DNA from: Blastocystis sp. subtype 4
Taxonomy: Eukaryota
Length of the DNA: 38,232 nt
Direction: 5' to 3'
NCBI RefSeq assembly: GCF_000743755.1
Contig: NW_014569477.1
Span: 1 to 38,232, forward strand
Shown here piece by piece: positions 10,857-21,762 of the stretch. The notes under the pieces were generated by a model. The model was given only the letters and a program-made list of their open reading frames with translations. It did no database searches and was not told where the DNA came from. The translations under genes and the position numbers were made by a program. Positions within the stretch are counted from its first letter, which is position 1; every line of letters begins with the position of its first letter.

Positions 10857-13800
10857 ATGCCAAAGGGAGGGTAAAGGATTAACATTTTTCTCTTATGTTT
10901 GTAGAAAGTATAACGATGATGACCTATTCGCAAAGTGTCAGGCTTGTGGAGAGATCATGGATATATCTGAAGTGATTACACACGATTCCAAATGTAAGGC
11001 GTCTCGAAAGCAAAAGCAAATGGTATTTGATAGAAATCAGTTATTATCTTGTAGTTAACTGCAAACCGATATCAGAATATTACAGGAAAGGAGCGCAATA
11101 TATTAGAAGGACTGGAGTAGGATCTTGCTTATATCACGATGGTATAGAGAGGATCATACAACAGAGAGTAAGCACCATCATCATAAGCATCGATCTGAAG
11201 CGCAAGATACTGTAGATGATGAAGAGGAAGCTCGAAGGAAGCGAAAAGAAGAGAGAAAGAAGCGCAAGGAAGCTGAAGCTGCTGCTCTTGCTGCTGCTGA
11301 AGCTGAAGAGAAGAAGAAGCAGGAGGAGGAAGAGGAAGCTCGACGAAAGCGAAAGGAGGAGAGACGAAAGCGCAAGGAAGCTGAAGCTGCTTCATCACCA
11401 GTACCTGGTGAGGAAGTGAAGGCTGTGGAAGAAACAGAAGAAGAAAGAAGGAAGAGAAAGGAAGAGAAGAAGCGTAAGGAGGCAGAGGCAGCTGGTATAG
11501 CCACAGCTGCTGTCGAAGTTGGAGCTGAGCAACTCCAAGAGGACGCTGAAGAAGCACGTCGTAAGAGAAAGGAGGAACGTCGAAAGAGAAAGGAAGCGGA
11601 AGCTGCTGCTGGAGAGACTGCAAAGAATGCTGCCGAAGCTGAAAAGAAGACACAGGAAGAGGAAGAAGAGGCTCGTCGTAAGAGAAAAGAAGAGCGTCGA
11701 AAGAGAAAGGAGGCAGAGGCTGCTGCTCGAATAGAGACTGAAAAGGTTGTTGAAGAAACTGAGCGTATAGCAGCTGAGAAGAAAGCAGAAGAAGAGGCTG
11801 CAGCTGAAAAGAAGAAGCAAGAAGAAGAGGAAGAAGCTCGTCGTAAGCGACACGAAGAGCGACGGAAGAGAAAGGAGGCCGAGGCTGCTGCTGCTGCTGC
11901 TGAGGCTGCTCGAATTGAGGCTGAGAAGAAGGCTGCTCAAGAGGCTGAACGTAAGGCGGCAGAGGAGGCAGAGAGAAAGGCGGCAGAGGAAGCTGAACGT
12001 AAGGCGGCAGAGGAAGCAGAGAAGAAAGCTGCTGAAGAAGCTGCTCGAATTGAAGCTGAGAGAAAGGCTGCTGAAGAGGCAGAGAGAAAGGTGGCAGAAG
12101 AAGCTGCCGCAGAGAAGAGACGACAGGAGGAAGAAGAAGAACGTCGATTGCGTGAAGAGGCGGAAGCCGAGGCTGCTCGTATGGAAATGGAAATGAAGGC
12201 TGCCGAAGAAGCTGAAACAAAACGATTAGAAGAAGAACATCAGCGTAAGGAAGCAGCCCGACTGGAGGAAGAGAAAAGAAAGGCGGAAGAAGAAGCTGAA
12301 CGGAAGGCAGCAGAGGAAGCTGCTCGAATTGAAGCCGAGAAAAAAGCTGCTGAGGAAGCGGCTCGATTGGAGGAAGAGAAGAGAAAGGCAGAAGAAGAGG
12401 CTGCAGCTGAAAAGAAGAAACAAGAAGAAGAGGAAGAAGCTCGTCGTAAGCGACACGAAGAGCGACGGAAGAGAAAGGAGGCCGAGGCTGCCGCTGCCGC
12501 TGCTGTTGCCGCCGCTGAGGCTGCTCGAATTGAAGCTGAGAGAAAGGCTGCTGAAGAGGCCGAGAAGAAAGCTGCTGAGGAAGCTGAACGTAAGGCAGCA
12601 GAAGAAGCCGAGAGAAAGGCAGCAGAGGAAGCCGAGAAGAAAGCTGCTGAGGAAGAAGCTCGTCGTAAGCGACACGAAGAGCGACGGAAGAGAAAGGAAG
12701 CGGAGGCTGCCGCTGCTGCCGCCGCTGCTGCTGCAGAAGCTGCCAGAATTGAAGCTGAGAGAAAGGCTGCTGAAGAGGCCGAGAAGAAAGCTGCAGAAGA
12801 AGCAGCTCTTGAGGAGAAGCGCAAGCGGAAGGAAGAACGTCGTAAACGTCGTGAAGCCGAAGCAGTAGCTGCGGCTGCTGCGGCTGCAGCCGAGAAAAAG
12901 CGAGAAGAAGAAGAAGCCGAAGAGCATCGTAAACGCAAAGAAGAGAGAAAGAAGCGTCGTGAAGAAGAAGCTAACAAACCTGTGTTTATTTGCATGGTAT
13001 GCGGTCACAGTCTCACAGAGGATGAGGGTTATCAGCATGTCTTGACATGTCATCCTCCTTCTGGCTTCCATGGATCTCAACTGGTTCGTATTGATGAAGA
13101 ATCTGAAACGAAATCCTCTGCTTCAAAAGAACCACTTTCTGATCAGTTGCAGTGTATCTGCCAAGTATGTGGTCATTGTATTGATGTGAGTGAATGTGAT
13201 ACGCATATGACCACTTGTATTGCTCCCAAACGATTCAATCAACAACGGTTCATTATGCTTTCATCCAAATCAGAGACAGAAAAGAAACGTCCTTCATCTC
13301 CTCCACCTGTTCCTGTTGTACTTCCTACAACTCCTTCCTCACCAAAACGCCCATCATCACCTCCACCTCCTGCCCCTTCATCTCCTCGAAGACGTCCTTC
13401 ATCTCCTCCACCTGCTACTCCTTCTTCTCCTCATAGACGTCCATCTTCACCACCTCCTCCAGTTCCAGTCCTTTCTCCTTCTTCACCACATCGAACATCC
13501 AAAGCACCCTCAAAGACAGAAGAGTCTATAGACACAACCGTAGTTGTGGCTCCTTCCTCTCAACCACAGTCACTCCCAGAGAACCCGTTTGCTGTTGATA
13601 CAGTGGAACTTGCTCCTCTCGTAGTGGATCTCACCGTTAATCCTTTTGATGATACGGATGTGACTCCGGCCGAGGTACCTGAAACCATTGAATCTCCTTC
13701 AGCAACTCCATCGGGTCCTGTAACGAGTACTGTGAATCCTTTCGGAGAAGAGAAGGAATTCGTACTCAAGGAGGAAGAGGTGCCTGCAAAGAAGATCGTA

Positions 13801-14769
13801 ACGAAGACGATTGTGAATCCATTTGATGCTAGTAGTGATGATGAAGAGGAAGCATCTGGAAATCCGTTCGGTGAACATGAGGAGAAACCAACAAATCCGT
13901 TTGATGCAGAGAGTGAAGAAGAGGCTGCTAATCCGTTTAATGTGAAAGAGTCATCTCGCAATCCATTTGATGCTAGTAGTGATGAAGAAGAAACAGGAAA
14001 TCCATTCGATGTGAAAGAGGAAGAAGAGACCCGTAATCCATTCGATGCTCCCCATTCAGCGGTTGTAATCACACCAACTGTCAATCCTTTTGCAGAGACG
14101 ACTTCATTAGCTTCTCATGCTGTGGATCTCAATCCATTTGCAAACATAGATTCAAACCCAACAGAGATTGAAGAAGAGAAGGAGGAGTCGGAATCTGAGT
14201 CAGAGTCAGAAGCTGTTCAGTTAGCAAAATTGAAACAGGAGGAAGAACTTCGTGTGCAGGAACTTCTATTGAAACAGCGAATGGAAGAGGAGAAGAAGGC
14301 AGAGGAGGCTCGTTTGGCAGAAATTCAGAGACAAAAAGAAGAACAGCTATTGGCTCAGAAGCGCCAATTTGAGAATCAGGAGATGGGTTGGAATGAGTAA
14401 TTCAAATCATTTGTAGAACGCTTGTGTATTGAACAATCTCTTCGTGTGGGTATTCCTTGTATGAAGTGGTGTCGTAATGGGAAGTCGCATCAAACTATTG
14501 TGAAGTTGGTAGATGTGAATTCAGTGGCTTCTGTAAGTATGAAAGGAAGGAATGAGAAGTAGATTCAGTGGGTCCGAAAGAAGGCTTTGCTGAGAGCTCA
14601 ACTGGCATCATTCGCTCTAAATGAAATCACAGCAGTTGAAGATATAAATGATTCCTCAATATTCGTATTGAAGACATTAACGAGAGAATTACGCTTGGAA
14701 ATGCCCAATCAATCTAAGAAGTTCGAGGTGATGAACGGATTACGTCAAATGTGTCCAAACCTTGCTTAA
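10857..14769 (+). CDS. Large adaptor-like protein with three C-x2-C-x11-H-x3-C zinc fingers, an E/K/R/A-rich charged helix, a Pro/Ser region, 12 NPF motifs and a C-terminal PH-like domain
   Basis: Three short 5' exons splice in frame into the 1091-aa ORF. Two 3' introns lead to KWCRNGKSHQTIVKL...IQW...LKTLTRELRLE..., a PH-like pattern, ending in TAA at 14767-14769. Confidence 0.8.
11215..12975 (+). repeat. Coding low-complexity and direct repeats (EEEEARRKRxEERRKRKEAEAAA and AERKAAEE units)
   Basis: Near-identical DNA blocks, e.g. about 11785-11890 repeated at about 12390-12490, and gctcgtcgtaagcgacacgaagagcgacggaagagaaagga present three times. Confidence 0.9.
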
Positions 14770-14812
14770 TTCGCTTTTTCATAAACAAATATGTGACTTT
14801 TCACTGTTTTCT

Positions 14813-16177
14813 CTAACCAAAGTTAATCACATTAGGAATTGCACATGAGCTTGATCTTCTACTCACAAGATATGGAACCTCTCCAATTAAAGCAGCTGCT
14901 GTGAGGGAATACGTGCTACGAAAGGTTCCAATCAAAGCATCACACGAAGCTAACGAAAATAAGTCTAGAACTGAACTTTCAACTACTGATCTTGCTGTAT
15001 ATTTGGAATGCCGTGTCATTGTATGAGAAGTCTTATTTACCCACCAAATCACTTCCTTTCGAGGATTGTAATTGCGTATCATCATCTTTGCTCGACTTGA
15101 ATCGGATGCAACAAGAATCAAAGCGTTATTGCTCCAGTTGAAGTGATTCTGACAAGAATGAAATGTGTGAATATCCTTCCGATTCAAAAATGATGCTTGG
15201 TCCGGAAAATCAGCAAGAGGGATCCCACAACGGATATGCATACATAAAAGCTTCCGGTTTCCACGAATAGCTAACCGATCATCGATACTTGTGCGCATTG
15301 ACTTTGATAAGATTAGATGATTCCGAAGAAAATAGGAATATAGGAAAAAGGCTTCATGATCGTATCGAGGAGGATTTGAAGTTGACTCGTCAAGCAAACC
15401 GAGAGAGTGTAAAACCTTCCGATTTTCTTCATTCTGAATCATAAAAAGGAAAAGAGGACAATTAGTTGAGAGATAAATATCCTTGGTATCGAAAACGGAT
15501 TTAATGGAGTTGGAGATTAAACGATTGACTAAACTTGACTTTGTGGAAAAACAATTATTATATGCAATGAACCTTCCTTTTAGTGATGTCCTACTCCCTA
15601 TTTGTGAATTACGACTAACACTTGCTACTTCCATGTTCTACAGTCGTATTCCAGTAGTCTGTGACTTTGAATGCCACGTCATAGGCGTAGTTTCTTGAAG
15701 CTATGCTGAATCACGATAACAGAACCTACTACATAGTTTCTTGTTGGTTACTGTAGCAATGATGAAGGCACTTGTCAAACCCAAGAGATTGTTTCCAAGT
15801 CCACTTTCAGATGGGCGAAAAACCACTTCACCAGAATAGTCATGGACGTGATGGTCAATATTCTGAACTGTGGGAGACGCAGAAGGAATATGAGTAGGAG
15901 GAAGAGAAGTAGGTTGAAAAAATGATACAGAATTAGATAGTATATTCTCCGTAGGAACTGAGTAGTTGAATAATTCCGCAACTATTGTAGGGTTACTCTT
16001 CATGTTCTCAGATACATGAACAAGTAGTGTATCGTTTCCAAAATATTGAATAGATTGGAACCGATTCCACAAATTGCTTCGGATACACAAACCTACAACT
16101 CATGGGTTCAGGTGGCTGTTACGGAGCAGAAACATGCAAAAGATACACTCTATCAATACAATGATAGAATTCTCCAT
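14813..16177 (-). CDS. Type II membrane fucosyltransferase-like glycosyltransferase (alpha-1,2/alpha-1,6/O-FucT superfamily)
   Basis: N-terminal TM anchor and Pro/Ser stem, SGLGNNLLGLTSAF, HIRCG (motif I), LVASDS (motif II) and DLFSLASCDALIGTFRSTYS (motif III). Three short introns join the ORFs in frame. Confidence 0.7.
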
Positions 16178-16196
16178 TTGAGAAATCCGAAATGTC

Positions 16197-16204
16197 AACA
16201 AACA
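16197..16204 (-). terminator. TGTTTGTT polyadenylation-associated element
   Basis: Exact motif on the minus strand 10 nt after the TAG of the LRR gene. Confidence 0.75.
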
Positions 16205-16214
16205 CTAGTACAAA

Positions 16215-17924
16215 CTATGCATCCAGCTTAAAACCATCATTCTAAAATGTTAGTCCTCTTCATAACCCACTAGTCCGCAACTCTCTGGAGTAGTGGGCGT
16301 CTGTTCCACTCCAACTACCTTCAAAGCTAAATCCACCTTCTTCTCCAATGTATCAAGTTTTGACTACATTTCAACAGCCTAGTACAAAGTCACCTCAATG
16401 CGTTGTTGGTCCGATCGAATCGCTTCCAAAGCATGATTTATACAGCGGATTTCTTCCATAAGACGGTTAAAAATAGACTCTTCAGATATGACTCGATGAT
16501 TCTTGGCAAAGAGACTCTTTACACGATCTAACTTGCGTGCTGGAGACTGTTGATGCTTTGCAGCTCCTGTAGAGACGGGAGTAGAACTCACAGGAGTGAC
16601 AGGTCGGAACATTGACCTCTATTCTTCACTGGATCTTTTCATTCTTACTCCAACAACAATCTCGGATGCTGAATCTTCTAAAAATGAAAGAAAGTCAAAT
16701 CTTCTACTTTGGAGAATCACATCATGCACACTGTAAGTACGAGTACGTCGTTCTTCTTCAGGTGCTTGTGGCTTCTTTTCTTCTCCTTGCCTGTTGCTCA
16801 GACTCTCAAACATCGACATGCTTCGTCCCCGTCCTTCCTTGGATGAAAATGCAGTACTGTGGAGACACTGATCCTCAGACACTGCAGGATGAGGACGCTG
16901 ACCTACACGCAAACTGAAAGTAGGAGTATGAGGAAGGATGGGTGATTCGGGAAGTTGTCGTTCATCCAAGCAAAATGGAGACATGGGAAGCTCGGTGACC
17001 TCAGAGTAGGTGAGTTCAGAGTTGTGGCGAGGTCGACCTAGGAGATTCTTCTTCATACCGATGGTCATGACATGGCGAGGCGGGACAAAAAAATGAGGCG
17101 AAGCGTTTTCCACATCAATGATATCCTCGAGGTAGTCTTTACCACAGGAAACTCTTGAAAAGAGAGTATTAATGTGAAGTCCATTAAACAGTTGAAAGTG
17201 ATGAAGGCGGTTGTGGAGAAAATACACCAAGTTCCGGCGGTTTTCTTTATCACGCATTAGTACAGGATTGTAGGTGAGATCCAGAGACTCTAATTGCTGC
17301 ACGTCAAATCCTTTGATCTAATTCCTACAGTTAATGCAAGGAGATCTTGAAACGAGTCATAAGTCACCTTATTATGGGAGAGAGTTAGAATGCGAAGATT
17401 ACGTAACTTGTACAAATCCTACGATTATCAATTCAACCAGCGAATACACGAGGGAACAAACAGATATTGTTGTAATCCAAATGTAGTTCCTCTAAAAGAC
17501 ACAAGGAGGTGAGTGGCTTAATATTAGAGATAGCATTTCGAGAGATATTGACGTATTTAAGCTTACTGAGTCGTTTAATTGGTGTGAGATCCTGAATGTT
17601 GTGACAACAGATGGTCAAACGTTCCAGATCTAGGTCATATCAGTCTAAAACAGAACTACTTCGTAGGGAGTCTAAAGCGGGGATGGTATCGTATTTGAAA
17701 GTGAGAACATCAGAACTCAAATATGTCAAGTCGACTTCCTCGAAGTCATCTAGTTCCTCTTCCTTGCATCTATGCATTCATTATCCAGAACACATTTACT
17801 CCAATAGTCGGCAGAGTTCAGAACTCGACAATTCGCTGTCTTTCTATTCATTAGAGTGCATACAAGAAGAAAATCTTACTCGCTGCAGCTCAGACATTAT
17901 GGGATGTGAGAAATCTGACTTCAT
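16215..17924 (-). CDS. Leucine-rich repeat protein (SDS22-like LRRs plus LRRcap) with a disordered and coiled-coil C-terminus
   Basis: LxxLxLxxNxI repeats (LKYVNISRNAI, LEELHLDYNNI, LESLDLTYNPV). Multiple introns of about 30 nt. Ends FKLDA-TAG. Confidence 0.7.
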
Positions 17925-18203
17925 TTAAATGTTCGTTTAGATATTCATAATAATAAAGAAACCAGAAAAAGCTGAAAAACAAACACTACATATCGAGAGA
18001 AGATGGAATTGAAATAATGGCTGTGAGATGTAGGTCGCGGACATGTTGTTTCGTTTCGTGAGAGGATCACATAGATTTCTTCCTTTGCACATAGAATAGG
18101 ATAAAGAGATGAAAAATGAATGTATTCATACAAATTACTCTCATAAGAACTTTTAGTGATCTTCACTTAGAAGCGTCTACAGTTTACAGTTTGTGTATTT
18201 CAG

Positions 18204-19901
18204 ATGGAAGAAGTACAGGAAAGACGTAAACCGTGTCGCAATTTGTACGTACCCTTTTGTCAGTTGTTATGTAGATGGAGTACCGGAACATGTCAATACA
18301 GCACATTCTGCCGATTTGCTCATCCAACGGGAATTGATACGAATGTGACATGGATTAACGAGCACCCGACAGAATACTTTACTGCAATGGTACGAGAGTG
18401 TACAATTTGTCAAGGACTACGTCTAAATCCAATTCTCTCGTTGATGCGCCGACTGAATCTCCCTGAGTGGATTGACTACGATATCCTTGTTATGTCGATT
18501 GAGTTTGAAGATGTTTGGATTTGGTTTGGTGATCATTCTTAGTTGAGTTTTCCAAATAAGCTAGTGATGTGTTCAATTGGGTATCCATTTTGTCGCGCAC
18601 AATTACAGAAGTATATCAAAAGATTTTCTCTTCCTTATGAGATTGGACCTAGTATACTCTATTCGTTGTTTCGATGTAGCGCTTCTTGAGAAGATTCCAA
18701 AGGATTCCGATGCATTTACAACTATCCAGAATTTCATTTTCTATTGTATTCGAGTAGATATGCAGCGTTCGTCCATGAAGCTGACAGATGAATTGATTAT
18801 CGCCGAATATGATAGTATTGAAACTCATTTCTTGTTTCTGTAGATGCTAAGCCCTATTCGAAACAAATTGAAATTGCTGCAGAAGATATGATATGGAATT
18901 TCAGTGCTAGTGATCCAGTAAGGATAATCCGAGGATAAGATTTAGCTGCTCCAAGCCTTCGACAACCATTTCTCTAGTCATCATTATAACCCTAAGGATA
19001 CCCCGGATGTAGAAGTGAAATATGGACTCAATATTAGGCGAGACAGGAGAAGAACATCAAGAAGAGGCGTAATTTCCTTCATCCAGTGGGTTCGTTTTAC
19101 ACGTTGGCATTCCACATATCCATCACTTCTAGGCTTCCAGATGATGTGACGATTCAGTTTATTGATTCAGTTCCCAAACTCTATTCTGCTGTCATCGAAA
19201 TGCAGCAAGAAGCTGTCCTCGGGTGGGATTTCGAGTTTTCGCATGGAAATAATGTATTCTGTACAGTCTCATTGATTCAAGTGGCTGGGCAAAAGAAGAT
19301 GTAATTATATGGAAGAATGTCGATGTAGATGGTTGATCGATGGTTCATGGCTGAAACAAGAACAGTCGAATTCACAAATTTCTTATTTTCTTCTCTTGGT
19401 GACTCAAAGTGAATCAATCTTCCATGTGTTTAAGGGTGGAGATGGAGATGTTCTTGTATTAAAATACTCATTCCCACAGATTCCTGCCTTGTTATACTAT
19501 CGCAATACTGTTGATCTTGATATGATGAGTCAGTCCATCTGTTTTAACAAAGTAGTATCTCTTAGTCTCCTAGTCTATATGTTTTGGGGAAAACCTCTGG
19601 ACAAGTCCCAGCAATGTACAGATTGGTCAATACGTCCACTATCTTCCAAGCAGACTATCTATGCAGCAGCAGATGCATATGTTTCGAGACTAGTCTTTTT
19701 AAAGTTTTGGGATATTATTGAGCAAGAGGTCATTCCACTGGATGTCATTGATAACCTCAAAGCATCTCGATCCGTGTTTCCTCCAGTAGTGGTTGCTGGG
19801 AAACAGCTTGAACTTTATGATCTGAGTATCAAAGTCGGAGTGTATCGCCAGTATTTTGAAAATAGTCTCAGTGCAGCAAAACGGTGTCCTGATTACAGAT
19901 A
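18204..19901 (+). CDS. CCCH zinc finger + DEDDy 3'-5' exonuclease (EXD3/Mut-7/WRN-exo-like), paralog A
   Basis: Spliced C-x8-C-x5-C-x3-H finger, ExoI GWDFE, ExoII FKGGDGD and ExoIII KSQQCTDWSIRPLSSKQTIYAAADA. In-frame TA at 19900-19901 lies 5 nt before TGTTTGTT. Confidence 0.8.
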
Positions 19902-19905
19902 TATT

Positions 19906-19913
19906 TGTTTGTT
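19906..19913 (+). terminator. TGTTTGTT element ending exonuclease paralog A
   Basis: Exact motif, preceded by in-frame TA and followed 24 nt later by the ATG of paralog B. Confidence 0.75.
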
Positions 19914-19937
19914 GATTCACAACTTTCCTTCTATTGG

Positions 19938-21624
19938 ATGGGTAATCAAAAGAAAAAACCCAAAAAGGGTAATCGATGTAGTTTGTGAGAAAAGAATCGT
20001 TCTATAACATGTAGACCTAAGTATGGAATCTGTCGAAATCCAGATTGCAATGATAAATGGCATAAAATGTTTGATAGCATGTCAGATGCTTGGATATGCA
20101 ATAATGTGCCTTCATATCTTGAGAAGATGATCTCGTTCTCTAAAGAAACAGAAAGACCATATGTTGATGGAGCAATTAAATATTTGTCAAATCATCCTGA
20201 AACGGGCTCTCAGTTGTCTGTGGACTATCTTTTCAAATATTTCAGGGATGCAACTGTATTATTTTTCTTTTAAATAGACTGTAGATTAAACCAGAACAGT
20301 TTGCTGATTTTGTCTCCTTGAAACCAGAAATGGTACCAGAAATCTTATTAAGACTATCAAATACTCCAGTAGATCGTGATTTAGTACTTGCTTCAAGTAA
20401 ATGAGAATGTTGAGTTTCCTGTAGAATTAATCAACCGCTATTATGTGGATGTTCGTTTGTACCCTGTTCTAAAGCTAGAGTTAGAGAAGAGAGAAGTACA
20501 GTTTCTTGTAAATAAGTCATTGATGGATATCAACGAATCCTACTTTCTCGGGATACTCAAATGTATATCTTCTCAGATCCGATCACTAGTAGATTGGGAT
20601 AGAGAGAGTAGTATTATCTTATATAATCAACTGGAACATACATATGGAGGTGCTTATAGTGTAATCATGCGAAATGACTGTAAACTAGTTATGTAGAAAG
20701 ATCCGAAACACGTTCAACATTCCGTCTTCACAGGGTCTTGAAAGAGTATCGATTACTGTTCCACAAATCAGTCGAGATCAATCCTTACTTGCCGATCCAA
20801 CAAAATACGTGATGCCAAGAAATGTCAGCATTTCATTCATTGATTCCTTGGCATCTCTTCAACTCGAATGTAGAATTCGATTTATCTATCAATGATAGTA
20901 TCCAGTATCATGAATGAGCACATTCTTGGTTGGGATTGCGAGTGGTTGATGCGACCTGGAATCTTTACACCTGATACAATTCAAATATCGGGTGCTAAAC
21001 ATGTATGGATCATTGATGGAGTATGGTTATGTTCGGAAGCTGTTCAAAAAGAAGTGAAAGCTGATTTCGAAGCTTTTATTGTCAATCCAAAAGTTTTTCA
21101 TATTTTCAAAGCAAAGGATGATTTAGATCGTCTTGCTCGATATACATTGATTCCTTGTTTGCAATCCATTCCACATGTGATTGATATTGATGCCCTTGCA
21201 CATGCAATTGGATTTAAGCGAGAAACTTCTTTATCCTACTATTTATTACTAACAGAAGGGTATCGAAGGAGTGGAGTAATCACATATAGAAAAGCTCTTG
21301 ATAAGACAGCTCGTATGAGTGATTGGACTCAACGGCCTCTAGGAATGAAACAGATATTCTATGCAGCACAAGATGCTTATGTAACTCGTCAAGTATATAT
21401 TGGAATGGCTCGAATCCTGTTAATGAAACCAAATATTAACCAATTGAAGGATAATTTGGAGTTGATAAAAAAAGACGTTATTTTAAGGGCGGTTCAACGA
21501 GGAAAGAAATCTACTAATAAGACAAATAATCAGCGATGGAATGCATTTTTTGAATATAAACCTGTGCTACCTGCTGAATTAAAAACTATTGTTCATGAAT
21601 CGATAGAACTTTGTGAAGATTCTT
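19938..21624 (+). CDS. Variant CCCH zinc finger + DEDDy 3'-5' exonuclease, paralog B
   Basis: MGNQKKKPKK, spliced C-x7-C-x4-C-x4-H, ExoI GWDCE, ExoII FKAKDD and ExoIII KTARMSDWTQRPLGMKQIFYAAQDA. In-frame T at 21624 lies 5 nt before TGTTTGTA. Confidence 0.8.
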
Positions 21625-21628
21625 TGTA

Positions 21629-21643
21629 TGTTTGTAACAAACA
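21629..21643. terminator. Perfect palindromic element TGTTTGT-A-ACAAACA
   Basis: Directly visible. The plus-strand half fits the 3' end of exonuclease B. Confidence 0.65.
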
Positions 21644-21762
21644 GAATGACAGATTCCTAACAATTCGTCAGTCAAACGCAATTGGGGACCAAAGTGACAC
21701 TTTCCGAAGAGCAAAACCGAGATATTTTCTGTCACATCGCTAATACAAGTTAATTGGATCGT

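Noticed and set aside
11215..12975. Repeat array considered as CRISPR-like, satellite or mobile element
   Set aside because: Repeats are in-frame coding units with synonymous variation. There are no spacers, terminal repeats or transposase.
11129..13080. Long antisense and alternate-frame ORFs over the E/K/A-rich repeat
   Set aside because: Shadow ORFs produced by low-complexity codons lacking stops.
18204..21743. Single double-exonuclease fusion gene
   Set aside because: I found no in-frame splice joining unit A to unit B at 19980-20015. A poly(A)-stop plus a new ATG at 19938 explains the sequence.
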